DNA of 64,000 nucleotides from NCBI GenBank assembly GCA_965223545.1, contig OZ245006.1:6752001-6816000 (forward strand), in the 5' to 3' direction. Position numbers and translations under genes: made by a program. Every line of letters begins with the position of its first letter. Position 1 is the stretch's first letter. The notes beneath the pieces are model-generated. The model saw only the letters and a program-made list of their open reading frames with translations. It did not search any database and was not told the origin of the DNA. Below are positions 20,331-30,411 of this stretch, one piece after another. This DNA comes from Planctomycetota bacterium. GTDB lineage: Bacteria; Planctomycetota; UBA1135; UBA2386.

Positions 20331-23300
20331 GGCGGCCCGGCGGCCGACTCGGCGTGCGTCGGCTCGTCCGCGTCGCCGGGCTCGCGTTGCTCGCGCTTGG
20401 CGCGCCTGTCCGCGCGCAGGAAAGCACGCCGGTCGACTTCGACCGCGACATCCGCCCACTGCTGTCGGCCAAGTGCTTTCGCTGCCACGGCCCCGACGGC
20501 GAGCACCGCAAGGCAGGGCTGCGGCTGGACACCTGGGCCGGCGTCACCGCCGTCGGCAAGCGCGGCGCGGCGGTGGTCCCCGGAGAGCCGGAGCGCAGCC
20601 TGTTGGTGCAGCGCATCGCGCACGCCGATCCGCGCGAGCGCATGCCGCCGCCGCGCGCCGGCGAGCCGTTGGATGCCGCCGAGCGCGAGCGGCTGATCCG
20701 CTGGATCGAGCAGGGAGCACCTTGGGCGCAGCACTGGGCGTTCGTGCCGCCAGCGGCCACGACTCCGCCGGGAGGTGCGCCTCCGGGGAGCGAGATCGAC
20801 GCGTTCGTGCGCGCGCGCCTCGCCGAGCGCGGCATGCAGCCGGCGCCCGCCGCCGACCGCGCCCGGTTGCTGCGCCGCGTCACCCTGGACCTCACCGGCT
20901 TGCCGCCGGCGCCACACGAGCTCGACGCGTTCTTGGCTGATACCGGCGCCACCGCCTACGAGCGCGTCGTCGATCGCCTGCTGGCCTCACCGCGCTACGG
21001 CGAGCACATGGCGCGCTTCTGGCTCGACGCCGCGCGCTACGGCGACACCCACGGCCTGCACCTCGACAACTACCGGGAGATGTGGCCCTACCGGGATTGG
21101 GTGATCGACGCCTTCAACCGCAACCTGCCGTACGACGCGTTCGTCACCGAGCAGCTGGCGGGCGACCTGCTGCCGGACGCGACGCTGGAGCAGCAGATCG
21201 CATCGGGCTTCAACCGCTGCCACGTGACCACCAACGAGGGCGGCTCGATCGTCGAAGAGGTCTACGTGCGCAACGTCGTCGACCGGGTGAGCACGGTGGG
21301 CACGGCGATGATGGGGCTGACGGTCGGCTGTGCCGTGTGCCACGACCACAAGTTCGATCCGATCACCCAGCGCGACTTCTACGCGATGTTCGCGTTCTTC
21401 AACAATCTCGACGGCAAGGCGATGGACGACAACGCGGCGCAGCACCATCCGGTGGTGCGGGTGCCGTCGGCCGAGCAGGCGGCGGCGCTGGCTGCCCTCG
21501 AGGCGGAGCGCACGGCCGCGGAGACCGCGGTGGTCGCGCTGGTCGATGCCCATGAGTACTCCGAACCGGTGGCGGCCGCGCCGGCAGCGCCCCGGCGCGA
21601 GGTCGTCTGGATCGACGATGCGCTGCCGCCGGGTGCCGAGGCCGAGGGCGATGGCTTGGAATGGGTCGAGGCACCCCGCGCCCTGGTGCACAGTGGACGG
21701 CTGGCGATGCAACGCCGCAGTCGCGGGCTGCAGCAGCACTCGTTCCGCCGCGCCGACGTCAAGCTCAGAGTCGGCAGCGGCGACGTGCTGTTCGCCTGGG
21801 TGCGGGTCGACCCGCGCGATCCGCCGCGCGCGATCATGCTGCAGTGGAACGGCGATGGGCAGGACGACTGGGACCACCGCGCGTTCTGGGGCGAGGATGT
21901 GATCGATTACGGCGAGTCCGGGACCGCGGCGCGCTTCCCGGCGGGACCGTTGCCGCGGCCCGGCGTGTGGACGCGGCTCGAGGTACCCGCCGCGGCGGTA
22001 GGCTTCGCGCCGGGCGCCGCGGTGCACGGCCTGGCGATCACCCAGTTCGACGGCACCAGCCAATGGGACGCGATCGGCGCCGAGACCAGCGCGCCGCAAG
22101 ACGCCGAGGATCACGTTTGGATCGACGACGCGCTGCCGCGTGGCGCGGTGCCCGGCGGCGATGGACAGACCTGGAGCTTCGGTGCTGCCGGAGCGCAGCC
22201 GGTGCTGCGCGGCGGGCTGAGCCTGCGCCGCAGCGGTGGCGACGGGCTCAACCAGGACTACTTCACCGGGGCGCGGCCGTTGCGGATCCAGCACGGCGAC
22301 CGCCTGTTCGCGCACGTCTGGTTGGATGCCGAAGACCCGCCGCGGGGGGTGCAGTTGCAATTCCACAGCGGCGGGTGGGGTCATCGCGCCCGCTGGGGAG
22401 TCGAGGCGCACGGCGCCGGTGCGGAGGGCGGCGCCGACTTCGTCGCCGGACCGCTGCCGCCGCGCGGTCGCTGGGTGCGGCTCGAGGTCGGTGTCGAGGA
22501 CGTCGGTCTGCGGCCGGGTGCGCGCGTCGACGGCTGGGCGTTCACGCAGGTCGGCGGCACCGTCTATTGGGATGCGGCGGGAGTGCGCACGTTCGGTCCC
22601 CCAGACGCGCGGGCCCGAACTTCGCTGCGGGCGTGGACCGAGGTGGCGGCCGCCGACGCCTCCCTTCCGCAGCCCTTGCGCGAAGCGGCCGCTGCGGCGG
22701 CGCCCAGCGTCGATCAGCGGCAGTTGCTGCGCCGCCACTATCTGCGCCACGAGTACGTCCCGCTGCGGGCGGAGGTCGAGCCGCTGCAGCGCGCCGTGGA
22801 CGCGGTCCTAAAGCAGCTGGATGCCCTGGAGGCCGAGGTGCCGACCACGCTGGTGATGGCCGAGCGCGACGAGCCGCGGCCGGCCTACGTGCTGGTCCGG
22901 GGAGAGTACGACGCGCGCGGCGAGCAGGTCGAACCCGCCATTCCGGCAGCGCTGCCGCCGATGGGGTCGGATCTGCCGCGCGACCGGCTCGGCTTCGCCC
23001 GCTGGCTCACCGATGGCCGCCATCCGCTGACGGCGCGGGTGTTCGTCAATCGCCTGTGGCAGCAGCTGTTCGGCACCGGCTTGGTGGAGACCGCCGAAGA
23101 CTTCGGCAATCAGGGCGCGCGGCCGACGCACCCGAGGCTGCTGGACTGGCTGGCGTGCCGTTTCGTCGCCGACGGCTGGGACGTCAAGCGGATGCTGCGC
23201 CGCATGGTGCTGAGCGAGACCTACGCGCAGACCTCGTCGGCCGCGCCCGAGGTCCTGGCGCGCGATCCGAACAACCGCTGGTTGGCCCGCGGGCCGCGGC

Positions 23301-23953
23301 ATCGGCTCGATGCCGAGGTGTTGCGAGATGCGGCGCTGGCCTACGCCGATCTCTTGGTCGAGCGCATCGGTGGACCCGGAGTCAAGCCGCCGCAGCCGGC
23401 CGGACTGTGGAAGGCGGTGGGTTACGTGGGCTCCAACACCGCCGAGTTCACCGCCGACCAGGGCGCGGACAAGGTGCACCGGCGCAGCATCTACACGTTC
23501 TTCAAGCGCACCGCGCCGCCGCCGCAGCTCAGCACCTTCGACGCGCCGAGCCGCGAGGTGTGCGTGGTGCGGCGCGAACGCACCAATACGCCGCTGCAGG
23601 CGCTGCTGCTGATGAACGATCCGCAGTTCGTGGAGGCGTCGCGCGGCGTCGCCCGGCGCGTGCTGTCGGCGCACGGCGCAGCGGGCGACGAGGCGGTGGC
23701 CGAGGCGTTGCTGCGGCTCGTGCTGTGCCGGCCGGTGGACCCCGCCGACTGCGACGACGTGCTGGCGCTGTTGCGCTCCGAACGCGCCGCGTTCGCCGCC
23801 GCTCCCGATCGCGCCGCGGCCCTGCTCTCGATCGGCGCGGTCTCGATCGGCGAGGAACCGCCCGAGCTCGCGTTCGACGCGATCGAGCTCGCCGCCTGGA
23901 CCCTCGTTGCCAGCACCGTGCTCAACACCCACGAGGCCGTCACCAAGAGCTGA
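20327..23953 (+). CDS. Planctomycete cytochrome c / DUF1549 / DUF1553 (PSD1) protein with duplicated inserted domain
   Basis: [85 protein letters not shown] overlap with the upstream gene. Confidence 0.92.
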   Translation: MRRPGGRLGVRRLVRVAGLALLALGAPVRAQESTPVDFDRDIRPLLSAKCFRCHGPDGEHRKAGLRLDTWAGVTAVGKRGAAVVPGEPERSLLVQRIAHADPRERMPPPRAGEPLDAAERERLIRWIEQGAPWAQHWAFVPPAATTPPGGAPPGSEIDAFVRARLAERGMQPAPAADRARLLRRVTLDLTGLPPAPHELDAFLADTGATAYERVVDRLLASPRYGEHMARFWLDAARYGDTHGLHLDNYREMWPYRDWVIDAFNRNLPYDAFVTEQLAGDLLPDATLEQQIASGFNRCHVTTNEGGSIVEEVYVRNVVDRVSTVGTAMMGLTVGCAVCHDHKFDPITQRDFYAMFAFFNNLDGKAMDDNAAQHHPVVRVPSAEQAAALAALEAERTAAETAVVALVDAHEYSEPVAAAPAAPRREVVWIDDALPPGAEAEGDGLEWVEAPRALVHSGRLAMQRRSRGLQQHSFRRADVKLRVGSGDVLFAWVRVDPRDPPRAIMLQWNGDGQDDWDHRAFWGEDVIDYGESGTAARFPAGPLPRPGVWTRLEVPAAAVGFAPGAAVHGLAITQFDGTSQWDAIGAETSAPQDAEDHVWIDDALPRGAVPGGDGQTWSFGAAGAQPVLRGGLSLRRSGGDGLNQDYFTGARPLRIQHGDRLFAHVWLDAEDPPRGVQLQFHSGGWGHRARWGVEAHGAGAEGGADFVAGPLPPRGRWVRLEVGVEDVGLRPGARVDGWAFTQVGGTVYWDAAGVRTFGPPDARARTSLRAWTEVAAADASLPQPLREAAAAAAPSVDQRQLLRRHYLRHEYVPLRAEVEPLQRAVDAVLKQLDALEAEVPTTLVMAERDEPRPAYVLVRGEYDARGEQVEPAIPAALPPMGSDLPRDRLGFARWLTDGRHPLTARVFVNRLWQQLFGTGLVETAEDFGNQGARPTHPRLLDWLACRFVADGWDVKRMLRRMVLSETYAQTSSAAPEVLARDPNNRWLARGPRHRLDAEVLRDAALAYADLLVERIGGPGVKPPQPAGLWKAVGYVGSNTAEFTADQGADKVHRRSIYTFFKRTAPPPQLSTFDAPSREVCVVRRERTNTPLQALLLMNDPQFVEASRGVARRVLSAHGAAGDEAVAEALLRLVLCRPVDPADCDDVLALLRSERAAFAAAPDRAAALLSIGAVSIGEEPPELAFDAIELAAWTLVASTVLNTHEAVTKS

Positions 23954-23964
23954 AGGACATCGAC

Positions 23965-25425
23965 GTGCACCCGTTGACCGAACACTGTCTGCAGCACACG
24001 CGGCGCGCGTTTCTCGGGCGTTCCGCGCTCGGCCTCGGCGGAGTGGCGGTTGGCGCCCTCGCCGCCGAGGGCAGCGCCGCGCGCGGGGCGCCGGGGGGAG
24101 TCGCCCCCGGGCCCGACTTCGCGCCGCGGGCCAAGCGTGCGATTTGGCTGTTCATGGCCGGAGCGCCGCCACAGATGGATCTGCTCGACTACAAGCCGGG
24201 CTTGGCCGAGCGCTTCGATCAGGATCTGCCCCCGTCGGTGCGTGCGGGTCAGCGGCTGACGACGATGACGTCGGGGCAATCGCGCTTTCCGATCGCGCCG
24301 TCGATCTACCGCTTCGACCGATACGACAACGGCGGCGACGGGGCGTGGGTGAGTGAGCTCTTGCCGCACACCGGCGCGATCAGCGATCGGTTGGCCATCG
24401 TGCGCTCACTGCACACCGAGGCGATCAACCACGATCCCGCGATCACCTACATCTGTACCGGCAGACAGCTGCCGGGCTGGCCCAGTTTCGGTTCCTGGCT
24501 GAGCTATGGGCTCGGCGCGATGAACCGCGACCTGCCCGCGTTCGTCGTGCTGACGCCGACGTGGACCGGGCGCAAGGATGCGCAGGCGCTGTACAACCGA
24601 CTGTGGGGTGCGGGCATGCTGCCCAGCCGCCACCAGGGCGTGGCGCTGCGCGCCCAGGGAGACCCGGTGTTGTTCTTGGCCGATCCGCCGGGTGTCGACG
24701 CGGCCATGCGCCGCCGCATGCTCGACGCGCTGCAGCGACTCAACGAGCGACACCGCGTGGCGAGTGGCGATCCCGAGGCAGCGACGCGGATGGCGCAGTA
24801 CGAGATGGCGTTCCGCATGCAGAGTTCGGTCCCCGAGCTGACCGATCTCAGCGGCGAGAGCGCGTCGACGCTGGCGATGTACGGCCCCGATGTCGAGCGC
24901 CCGGGGACCTTCGCGGCCAGCTGTCTCTTGGCGCGTCGCATGGTCGAGCGCGGGGTGCGGTTCGTGCAGGTCTTCCACCGCGGCTGGGATCAGCACTTCG
25001 CCTTGCCGAGGGATCTCCCGCGTCAGTGCCGGGATGTCGATCAGCCCGCCGCTGCCCTGGTGCGCGATCTCGAACAGCGCGGCCTGCTCGACGACACTCT
25101 GGTGGTGTGGGGCGGGGAGTTCGGCCGCACCGTCTACTGCCAGGGCAAGCTGACCCGTAGCGACTACGGCCGCGACCACCATCCGCGCTGCTTCTCGATG
25201 TGGTTGGCCGGCGGCGGCGTGCGCGGCGGGGTCGTGCACGGTGAGACCGACGACTTCAGCTACAACGTGGTCCGCGACCCGGTCCACATCCGCGACCTCA
25301 ACGCCACCCTCCTGCACTGCCTCGGATTGGACTCGCAGCGACTGTCGGTCCCACACCAAGGGTTGGACGTGCGCCTGACCGGCGTCGAGGAAGAGGCACG
25401 GGTGGTGCGCGCCTGGCTGACGTAA
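23965..25425 (+). CDS. DUF1501 family protein (Tat-exported, sulfatase-like)
   Basis: TRRAFL twin-arginine signal, [49 protein letters not shown]. Confidence 0.92.
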   Translation: MHPLTEHCLQHTRRAFLGRSALGLGGVAVGALAAEGSAARGAPGGVAPGPDFAPRAKRAIWLFMAGAPPQMDLLDYKPGLAERFDQDLPPSVRAGQRLTTMTSGQSRFPIAPSIYRFDRYDNGGDGAWVSELLPHTGAISDRLAIVRSLHTEAINHDPAITYICTGRQLPGWPSFGSWLSYGLGAMNRDLPAFVVLTPTWTGRKDAQALYNRLWGAGMLPSRHQGVALRAQGDPVLFLADPPGVDAAMRRRMLDALQRLNERHRVASGDPEAATRMAQYEMAFRMQSSVPELTDLSGESASTLAMYGPDVERPGTFAASCLLARRMVERGVRFVQVFHRGWDQHFALPRDLPRQCRDVDQPAAALVRDLEQRGLLDDTLVVWGGEFGRTVYCQGKLTRSDYGRDHHPRCFSMWLAGGGVRGGVVHGETDDFSYNVVRDPVHIRDLNATLLHCLGLDSQRLSVPHQGLDVRLTGVEEEARVVRAWLT

Positions 25426-25440
25426 CGGCGGCGGGCCACC

Positions 25441-28020
25441 GTGTCGGCCCGGTCGCCAGCGGCTATTCTTGGAGTGGTCCCACACGCCAACGAGAGCACC
25501 GCAACCTTGCTTGACCCAACCCCGCGCCGGCGTCCGGCGCTGCCCCTTTGGGCGTTCTCGGCCGTCTTCGCGATCGCCGCTCCAGCAACCGGCCAGACCC
25601 CCAACCCGCCGCTGGTCCCGTTCACCAGCGTGAACTTCCCCAACGGCTTGGAGTTCGGCTGGTCGCTCGGGATCTCCTGCGGCGACTATGACGCCGACGG
25701 CTTCCCTGACCTCTACAACCACCTGACCGGCGAGTTGTGGCGCAATCTGGGTGGCCAGGACTGGGAAATCGCCAGCAACCTGTTGTCCGGGCCAGTGGCC
25801 TTTCGCTACGGCTCGTCGTTCGGGGACTACGACCGCGACGGCCTGCCCGACATCGCCACCGAGCCGCGCAAGGGCTACTGCTTCCAGCTGTTCCACAACG
25901 ACGGCGGCGGCCAGTTCACCGACATCGCCGAGGGGACGGCGTCGTTCGCGGTCACGCCGTGCGACGAGTTCGCCGAGACCGCGGCGTGGGGCGACGTCGA
26001 CTTCGACAACGACCTCGATCTGTTCCTGCCGACTTATCCCGCCTTCGTCGGCGGCACGCAGCCCAACTACTTTTGGCGCAACAACGGTCCGGTCGGCGTC
26101 GGCGGCGCCTACGTGTTCGAGGAGATGGCGGCGGCGGTCGGGCTACTCGTGCCGGTCGGCAACAACCGGCCCGAGGGCGCGCAGCTGTGCGACTACGACT
26201 TCGACGGCGACCTGGACCTCTACAGCAACGGCAGCCTGTACCAAAACCAGTCGACCCTGGGGCAGCCGGCCTTCGCCGCGATGGCGGAGGCGGCGTCGGG
26301 CATCGGCCTCAGCTCGGTGCTCGACGAGGGAGCGCTGTTCTTCGACCACGACCTCGACGGTGACTTCGACATCCTGGCGGCCTACGTGGGGGTCGGCGTG
26401 GTGATCTGGGAGAACCGCGGCGATGGCACGTTCTTCCAGCTCGATCCGTCGGCGATCGCCAGTCCGACGGCCGGCGTCGACTTCGGCGTCTCCGCCGAAG
26501 ACTGGGACAACGACGGCGACCTCGACTTCAACTCGCAGTTCGCCTTCCGCCGCAACATGCTGGTCGAGACCGGGCAGCGCCAGTACGTCGTCAGTCTGGG
26601 GCAGCTGGACCCCGCGCACTTGATCCGGCCGACGGTGGCGTGGGCGGACTTCGATCTGGACGGTGATCTCGACGCGGCGATCGGCAACTTCTGGCCGGAG
26701 AACGACGGCACCGGCGCGCTGTACGACAACGCCCTCTACGACGCCAGCACGCCGGCGGCGCAGCGCCGGCATCTGCGCGTGCGGCTGATGCGCGACGAGA
26801 GCTTTGCGCGCGGCAGTGAGACCGAGTTCGGTGCCCGCGCCGAAGTGCGCGTCGCCGGGGAGCAGGGCGTGCGACGCACCAAGTTCGTCGCCAGTGGCCA
26901 CGGCTACCTCAACCAGAACGAGTACACCCTGCACTTCGGCATCCCGTCGGCGGGTGGCGCGACCGTGCTCGACGTGGTCGCCGAGTTTCCAAACGACCCG
27001 GCGGTGGGTGGGTGGCGGGTCGACCGGCACGTCAATCCGCTGCTCGGCGGGCTCGTGTTGGAGGCGCTGGGCGACCGCGAGGTCGTCGTCTTCCGCAGTG
27101 GTCGGGCGGTCGTCGACGGCTGTGACGTCACCCCGAACCCGGTGGAGTCGCCGCTGACCGCGAGCACGCCGGCGCTGGTGCTGCCGAGCGCGACGGCCGG
27201 CCTGGTTCCGCCGGTGACCGCGGCGCGGGACACGTTCGTCGGCATCGACATCACGACCGGCGCGCAGGCGCTCCGCGTGACCGAGCTCGTCGTCGACGGC
27301 GTGGTGACCCAGGGCGGCGTCGCCAACGTGCTCTGGTGGGACACGACCAACGCGAGCACGCCGGTCTTCGTCGACGCGCGCGTCGAGGTCACCGAGCCGC
27401 GCAACGACCGCAGCTACTTGGTCGAGGACCGGATCCTGGCGCCGCAGCGGAGCTATCGAGTTGTCGTCGCCGTCGACTCGACGCGGGCGACGCCGATCGC
27501 GGCGCCGGTCACGACGGGCGGGCTGACGACCAACGGTGGCTTGTTGTTTCGCGACCGCGAGCCGCTGAGCGGCGCGCGCGTGCGCAACGCGCGGACGGAT
27601 CCTGGCGCGGCCTATGTCTCCGTGCGCTTCCGGCCGGCGCTCTTGGGCGTGCCCATCGACCTCGGCAACGCGGTGCCGAGCGCGGCGGGCGGCAGCGCGG
27701 TCCTGCAGATGACGGGTACCATCGCCGGCGGGCAAACGGTGACCCTCGCAGCCTCCGGTCTGCCGGCGAATGGCCAGGCGTTCCTGGCGATCGGCCAGGG
27801 CGTCGAGTGTCTGCCCATCGGCACCGGCACGGTGCTGGTGCCAGCGGCAGCGGCGGTGGCCATGGTGCCGGTCTCGGCCAGCGGCACCGTCTCGCTTTCC
27901 GCGACGTGGCCCGCGGGGTTGCCCACCGGCGTCGAGCTGGCGTCGCAGATCTGGTACGACGACAGCGCGGCTGGCGGCACTCTGGCGACGAGCAACGTCG
28001 TGCTGGTGCGCAGCCCCTGA
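25441..28020 (+). CDS. FG-GAP/ASPIC-UnbV (CRTAC1-like) exported protein with shared C-terminal domain
   Basis: Repeated DxDxDGxxD motifs (GDYDADGFPD, GDYDRDGLPD, DFDNDLD, DWDNDGDLD, ADFDLDGDLD), ASPIC-like GHGYLNQNEYTLHFG. Start uncertain. Confidence 0.82.
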   Translation: MSARSPAAILGVVPHANESTATLLDPTPRRRPALPLWAFSAVFAIAAPATGQTPNPPLVPFTSVNFPNGLEFGWSLGISCGDYDADGFPDLYNHLTGELWRNLGGQDWEIASNLLSGPVAFRYGSSFGDYDRDGLPDIATEPRKGYCFQLFHNDGGGQFTDIAEGTASFAVTPCDEFAETAAWGDVDFDNDLDLFLPTYPAFVGGTQPNYFWRNNGPVGVGGAYVFEEMAAAVGLLVPVGNNRPEGAQLCDYDFDGDLDLYSNGSLYQNQSTLGQPAFAAMAEAASGIGLSSVLDEGALFFDHDLDGDFDILAAYVGVGVVIWENRGDGTFFQLDPSAIASPTAGVDFGVSAEDWDNDGDLDFNSQFAFRRNMLVETGQRQYVVSLGQLDPAHLIRPTVAWADFDLDGDLDAAIGNFWPENDGTGALYDNALYDASTPAAQRRHLRVRLMRDESFARGSETEFGARAEVRVAGEQGVRRTKFVASGHGYLNQNEYTLHFGIPSAGGATVLDVVAEFPNDPAVGGWRVDRHVNPLLGGLVLEALGDREVVVFRSGRAVVDGCDVTPNPVESPLTASTPALVLPSATAGLVPPVTAARDTFVGIDITTGAQALRVTELVVDGVVTQGGVANVLWWDTTNASTPVFVDARVEVTEPRNDRSYLVEDRILAPQRSYRVVVAVDSTRATPIAAPVTTGGLTTNGGLLFRDREPLSGARVRNARTDPGAAYVSVRFRPALLGVPIDLGNAVPSAAGGSAVLQMTGTIAGGQTVTLAASGLPANGQAFLAIGQGVECLPIGTGTVLVPAAAAVAMVPVSASGTVSLSATWPAGLPTGVELASQIWYDDSAAGGTLATSNVVLVRSP

Positions 28021-28030
28021 GCCCGGACGC

Positions 28031-29074
28031 TCAGCGCCGCCGGCGGGGAGCCGTGGCGGCGTCTTCGGTCGGTGGTTGGGGCAGCTCGAGCTGCCAGTGC
28101 ACGACCAGCTTCGGCCGGCGCGCGCGCAGCGCGCGGATGCCGTCCTCCGTCACCGCGGTCCGCCACAGCCAGACTTCGCGCAGTGCGGGGAGCGCGGCCA
28201 GGGTGTCGAGGACGCCGTCGTCGACCTGGGTGCCCCAGAGGTTGAGTCGCCGCAAGTGCGCGGCGTCGCGCAGTCGCGCCACGCCCGCCGCCGTCACCGC
28301 GGTGCGGTGCAGGTCGAGACGCCACAAGTGCGGCATTCGCGCCAGCGAGCGGAGGGCCTCGTCGGTGATCGCGGTGCGGCCGAGGTCGAGGTGGCTGATG
28401 TGCGCGCGCAACGGCTGCAGAGCGTGGATGGCGTCGTCGTTGGTGTCGTCCTCGGCACCGCGGAAGGCGATCCTCAACAGCGCGGACCCGGGTTGCGCCG
28501 GGCTGATCTGAGCTCGTTGGCCCGCGGCGTCCAGCTGACTCGGGGTGGCGGGAACGAGCTCTTCGCCCAGCGCCAGCAGCGCCACCAGTGCCGCTGGTGG
28601 CACGTCGTCGGCCCTTTCTGGGCCGGCGGCGCCGCGCCAGTCGCCGAACGGTGCACCGCTCTCGATCCAAGATCGCAGAACAGTCCGGTCCACTTCATCG
28701 AGGGGGTTGCTGCTGCGCGGCATGCGTCGATCGTCGTCCGGCGGCAGGCCAGTGCGCGTGTAGAGGGGGCTCTGCTCGGGGGCGCCGGGAGTCAGCACGC
28801 TGCCCTCGGCGCCGCCACGGCGAATCCACCCGACGCCGTCGAGGCGCAGGCCACCCTTCGGTCGGCGCGCGCGGCCGCGCGCGTCGACGCCGCGGTGGCA
28901 GCGCAGGCAGGCGCGCTGCAGGATCGGCAGTACGTCGCGCTCGAAGTCCGGTGCCGCGGTCGCCGCCGCCGGTGTCGATTTGATCTGACCAACGGCGTCG
29001 CCCGCCGACCAGGCCAGTCCGCCGAGGGCCAGCGCGGCGATCGCGCGAGTGCGGTGGCGGGAATCGCGGTTCAC
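28031..29074 (-). CDS. Planctomycete cytochrome c domain + leucine-rich repeat protein
   Basis: Signal peptide, DFERDVLPILQRACLRCH, RMP..WIESGA, then LRRs (LDLGRTAITD, LDLHRTAVT, LNLWGTQVDD, VWLWRTAVT). Confidence 0.85.
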   Translation of the reverse strand: MNRDSRHRTRAIAALALGGLAWSAGDAVGQIKSTPAAATAAPDFERDVLPILQRACLRCHRGVDARGRARRPKGGLRLDGVGWIRRGGAEGSVLTPGAPEQSPLYTRTGLPPDDDRRMPRSSNPLDEVDRTVLRSWIESGAPFGDWRGAAGPERADDVPPAALVALLALGEELVPATPSQLDAAGQRAQISPAQPGSALLRIAFRGAEDDTNDDAIHALQPLRAHISHLDLGRTAITDEALRSLARMPHLWRLDLHRTAVTAAGVARLRDAAHLRRLNLWGTQVDDGVLDTLAALPALREVWLWRTAVTEDGIRALRARRPKLVVHWQLELPQPPTEDAATAPRRRR

Positions 29075-30411
29075 GCCAACAACCCCGGCACCGGAATGCC
29101 CTTGTGCGCGACCTGGAACGGTCGGCCGTCGCCCGACAGCAGCACCCAGTCGGTGCGCAGGCCGAGCGCGTGCGCGATGGTGGCGTTGAAGTCGGGCACG
29201 CTGACGCGGCCGTCGATCACCGCGCTGCCGGTCGCGTCGGTCTCGCCGTAGCGCTGTCCACCGCGCACGCCGCCACCGGCCAACAGGCAGCTGTAGGCCT
29301 GCGGGTGGTGGTCGCGCCCGTCGCGCCCGGCGGCGATCTTTGGCGTGCGGCCGAACTCGGTGGCGAGCACCACCAGGGTCTCGTCGAGGAGCCCGCGCGC
29401 CTCGAGGTCGAGCAACAGCGAGGCCAGCGCGCGGTCCAGCGCCGGCGCCTTTTCCTCCAGCGTCTCGAAGTTGTCGTTGTGCGTGTCCCAGCCGTCGTCG
29501 ACCACCTCGACGAAGCGGACGCCGTGCTCGACCAGGCGCCGCGCCAAGAGGCAGCCCTGGCCAAAGCGATCGCGGCCGTAGGCGTCGCGCGTGCGCTCGT
29601 CCTCTTCTGCCAGCTCGAACGCGCGCAGGTCGCGCGATTGCATCAGCCGGACGGCCTGGTCGTAGACCTCGGCGTAGCTGCGCACCGCCTTGCTGCGGTA
29701 CTGCGCGGCAAACCGGTCGTTCATCTGCTGCAGCCGGGCCAGCCGCCGGTGGAAGGTCTCGTCACTGACGTCACGCGGCGGCCGGCTGTGCTGCAGGCCC
29801 GCCTCCGGATCGCCGATCGGCAGCGGGTGGTGGGCGGTTTCGAGAAAGCCCCCGGAAGCACTGAAGATGTCGCCGCCGATGGTGACGTGGGGAGGCAGGC
29901 TCGGGTGGATCGCGCCGGCCATGCGCGAGGCCCACGCGCCCATGCTCGGGTGGCGCACGGTGCCGCGCATCTCGTAGCTGGTGTGCAAGTAGTAGCGGCC
30001 CTGCGCGTGCGCGCCCTGCGTCGTGTTCATGCCGCTGACCACGCAGACGCGGTCCATCAGCCGCGCCAGGTTGGTGAAGTGGCTGGCGATCCGGACTCCG
30101 GCGACGTTGGTGTCGATGGTCTCGGTCGGTCCCTGCCCCGCGCTGCCGGGTTTGGGATCGAACGTGTCGAGATGCGACATGCCGCCGCTCATGTAGAGGT
30201 AGATCACGCTGCGCGCCGTCGCCGGCCGCAACGCGGGTGCTGTCGCGTCCTGCGGTCGCGGTCGGCGGGCGGGATCCTGCGCCGCGAGCGCAACCAGCCA
30301 GGGCATACCCCCGACGCCGAGTGCGCGGTGCGCCACCGACGACAAGAACGCTCGCCGGTCGGCGAGGTCGGTCGAGCGCGGCAAGAACGCGCGGCGGGCA
30401 GAGTGCGTCAT
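29071..30411 (-). CDS. DUF1501 family protein
   Basis: DRRAFL, IYLYMSGGMSHLDTFDPKP, ARRLVEHGVRFVE, GWDTH, TEFGRTP, GRDHHP. Confidence 0.92.
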   Translation of the reverse strand: MTHSARRAFLPRSTDLADRRAFLSSVAHRALGVGGMPWLVALAAQDPARRPRPQDATAPALRPATARSVIYLYMSGGMSHLDTFDPKPGSAGQGPTETIDTNVAGVRIASHFTNLARLMDRVCVVSGMNTTQGAHAQGRYYLHTSYEMRGTVRHPSMGAWASRMAGAIHPSLPPHVTIGGDIFSASGGFLETAHHPLPIGDPEAGLQHSRPPRDVSDETFHRRLARLQQMNDRFAAQYRSKAVRSYAEVYDQAVRLMQSRDLRAFELAEEDERTRDAYGRDRFGQGCLLARRLVEHGVRFVEVVDDGWDTHNDNFETLEEKAPALDRALASLLLDLEARGLLDETLVVLATEFGRTPKIAAGRDGRDHHPQAYSCLLAGGGVRGGQRYGETDATGSAVIDGRVSVPDFNATIAHALGLRTDWVLLSGDGRPFQVAHKGIPVPGLLA

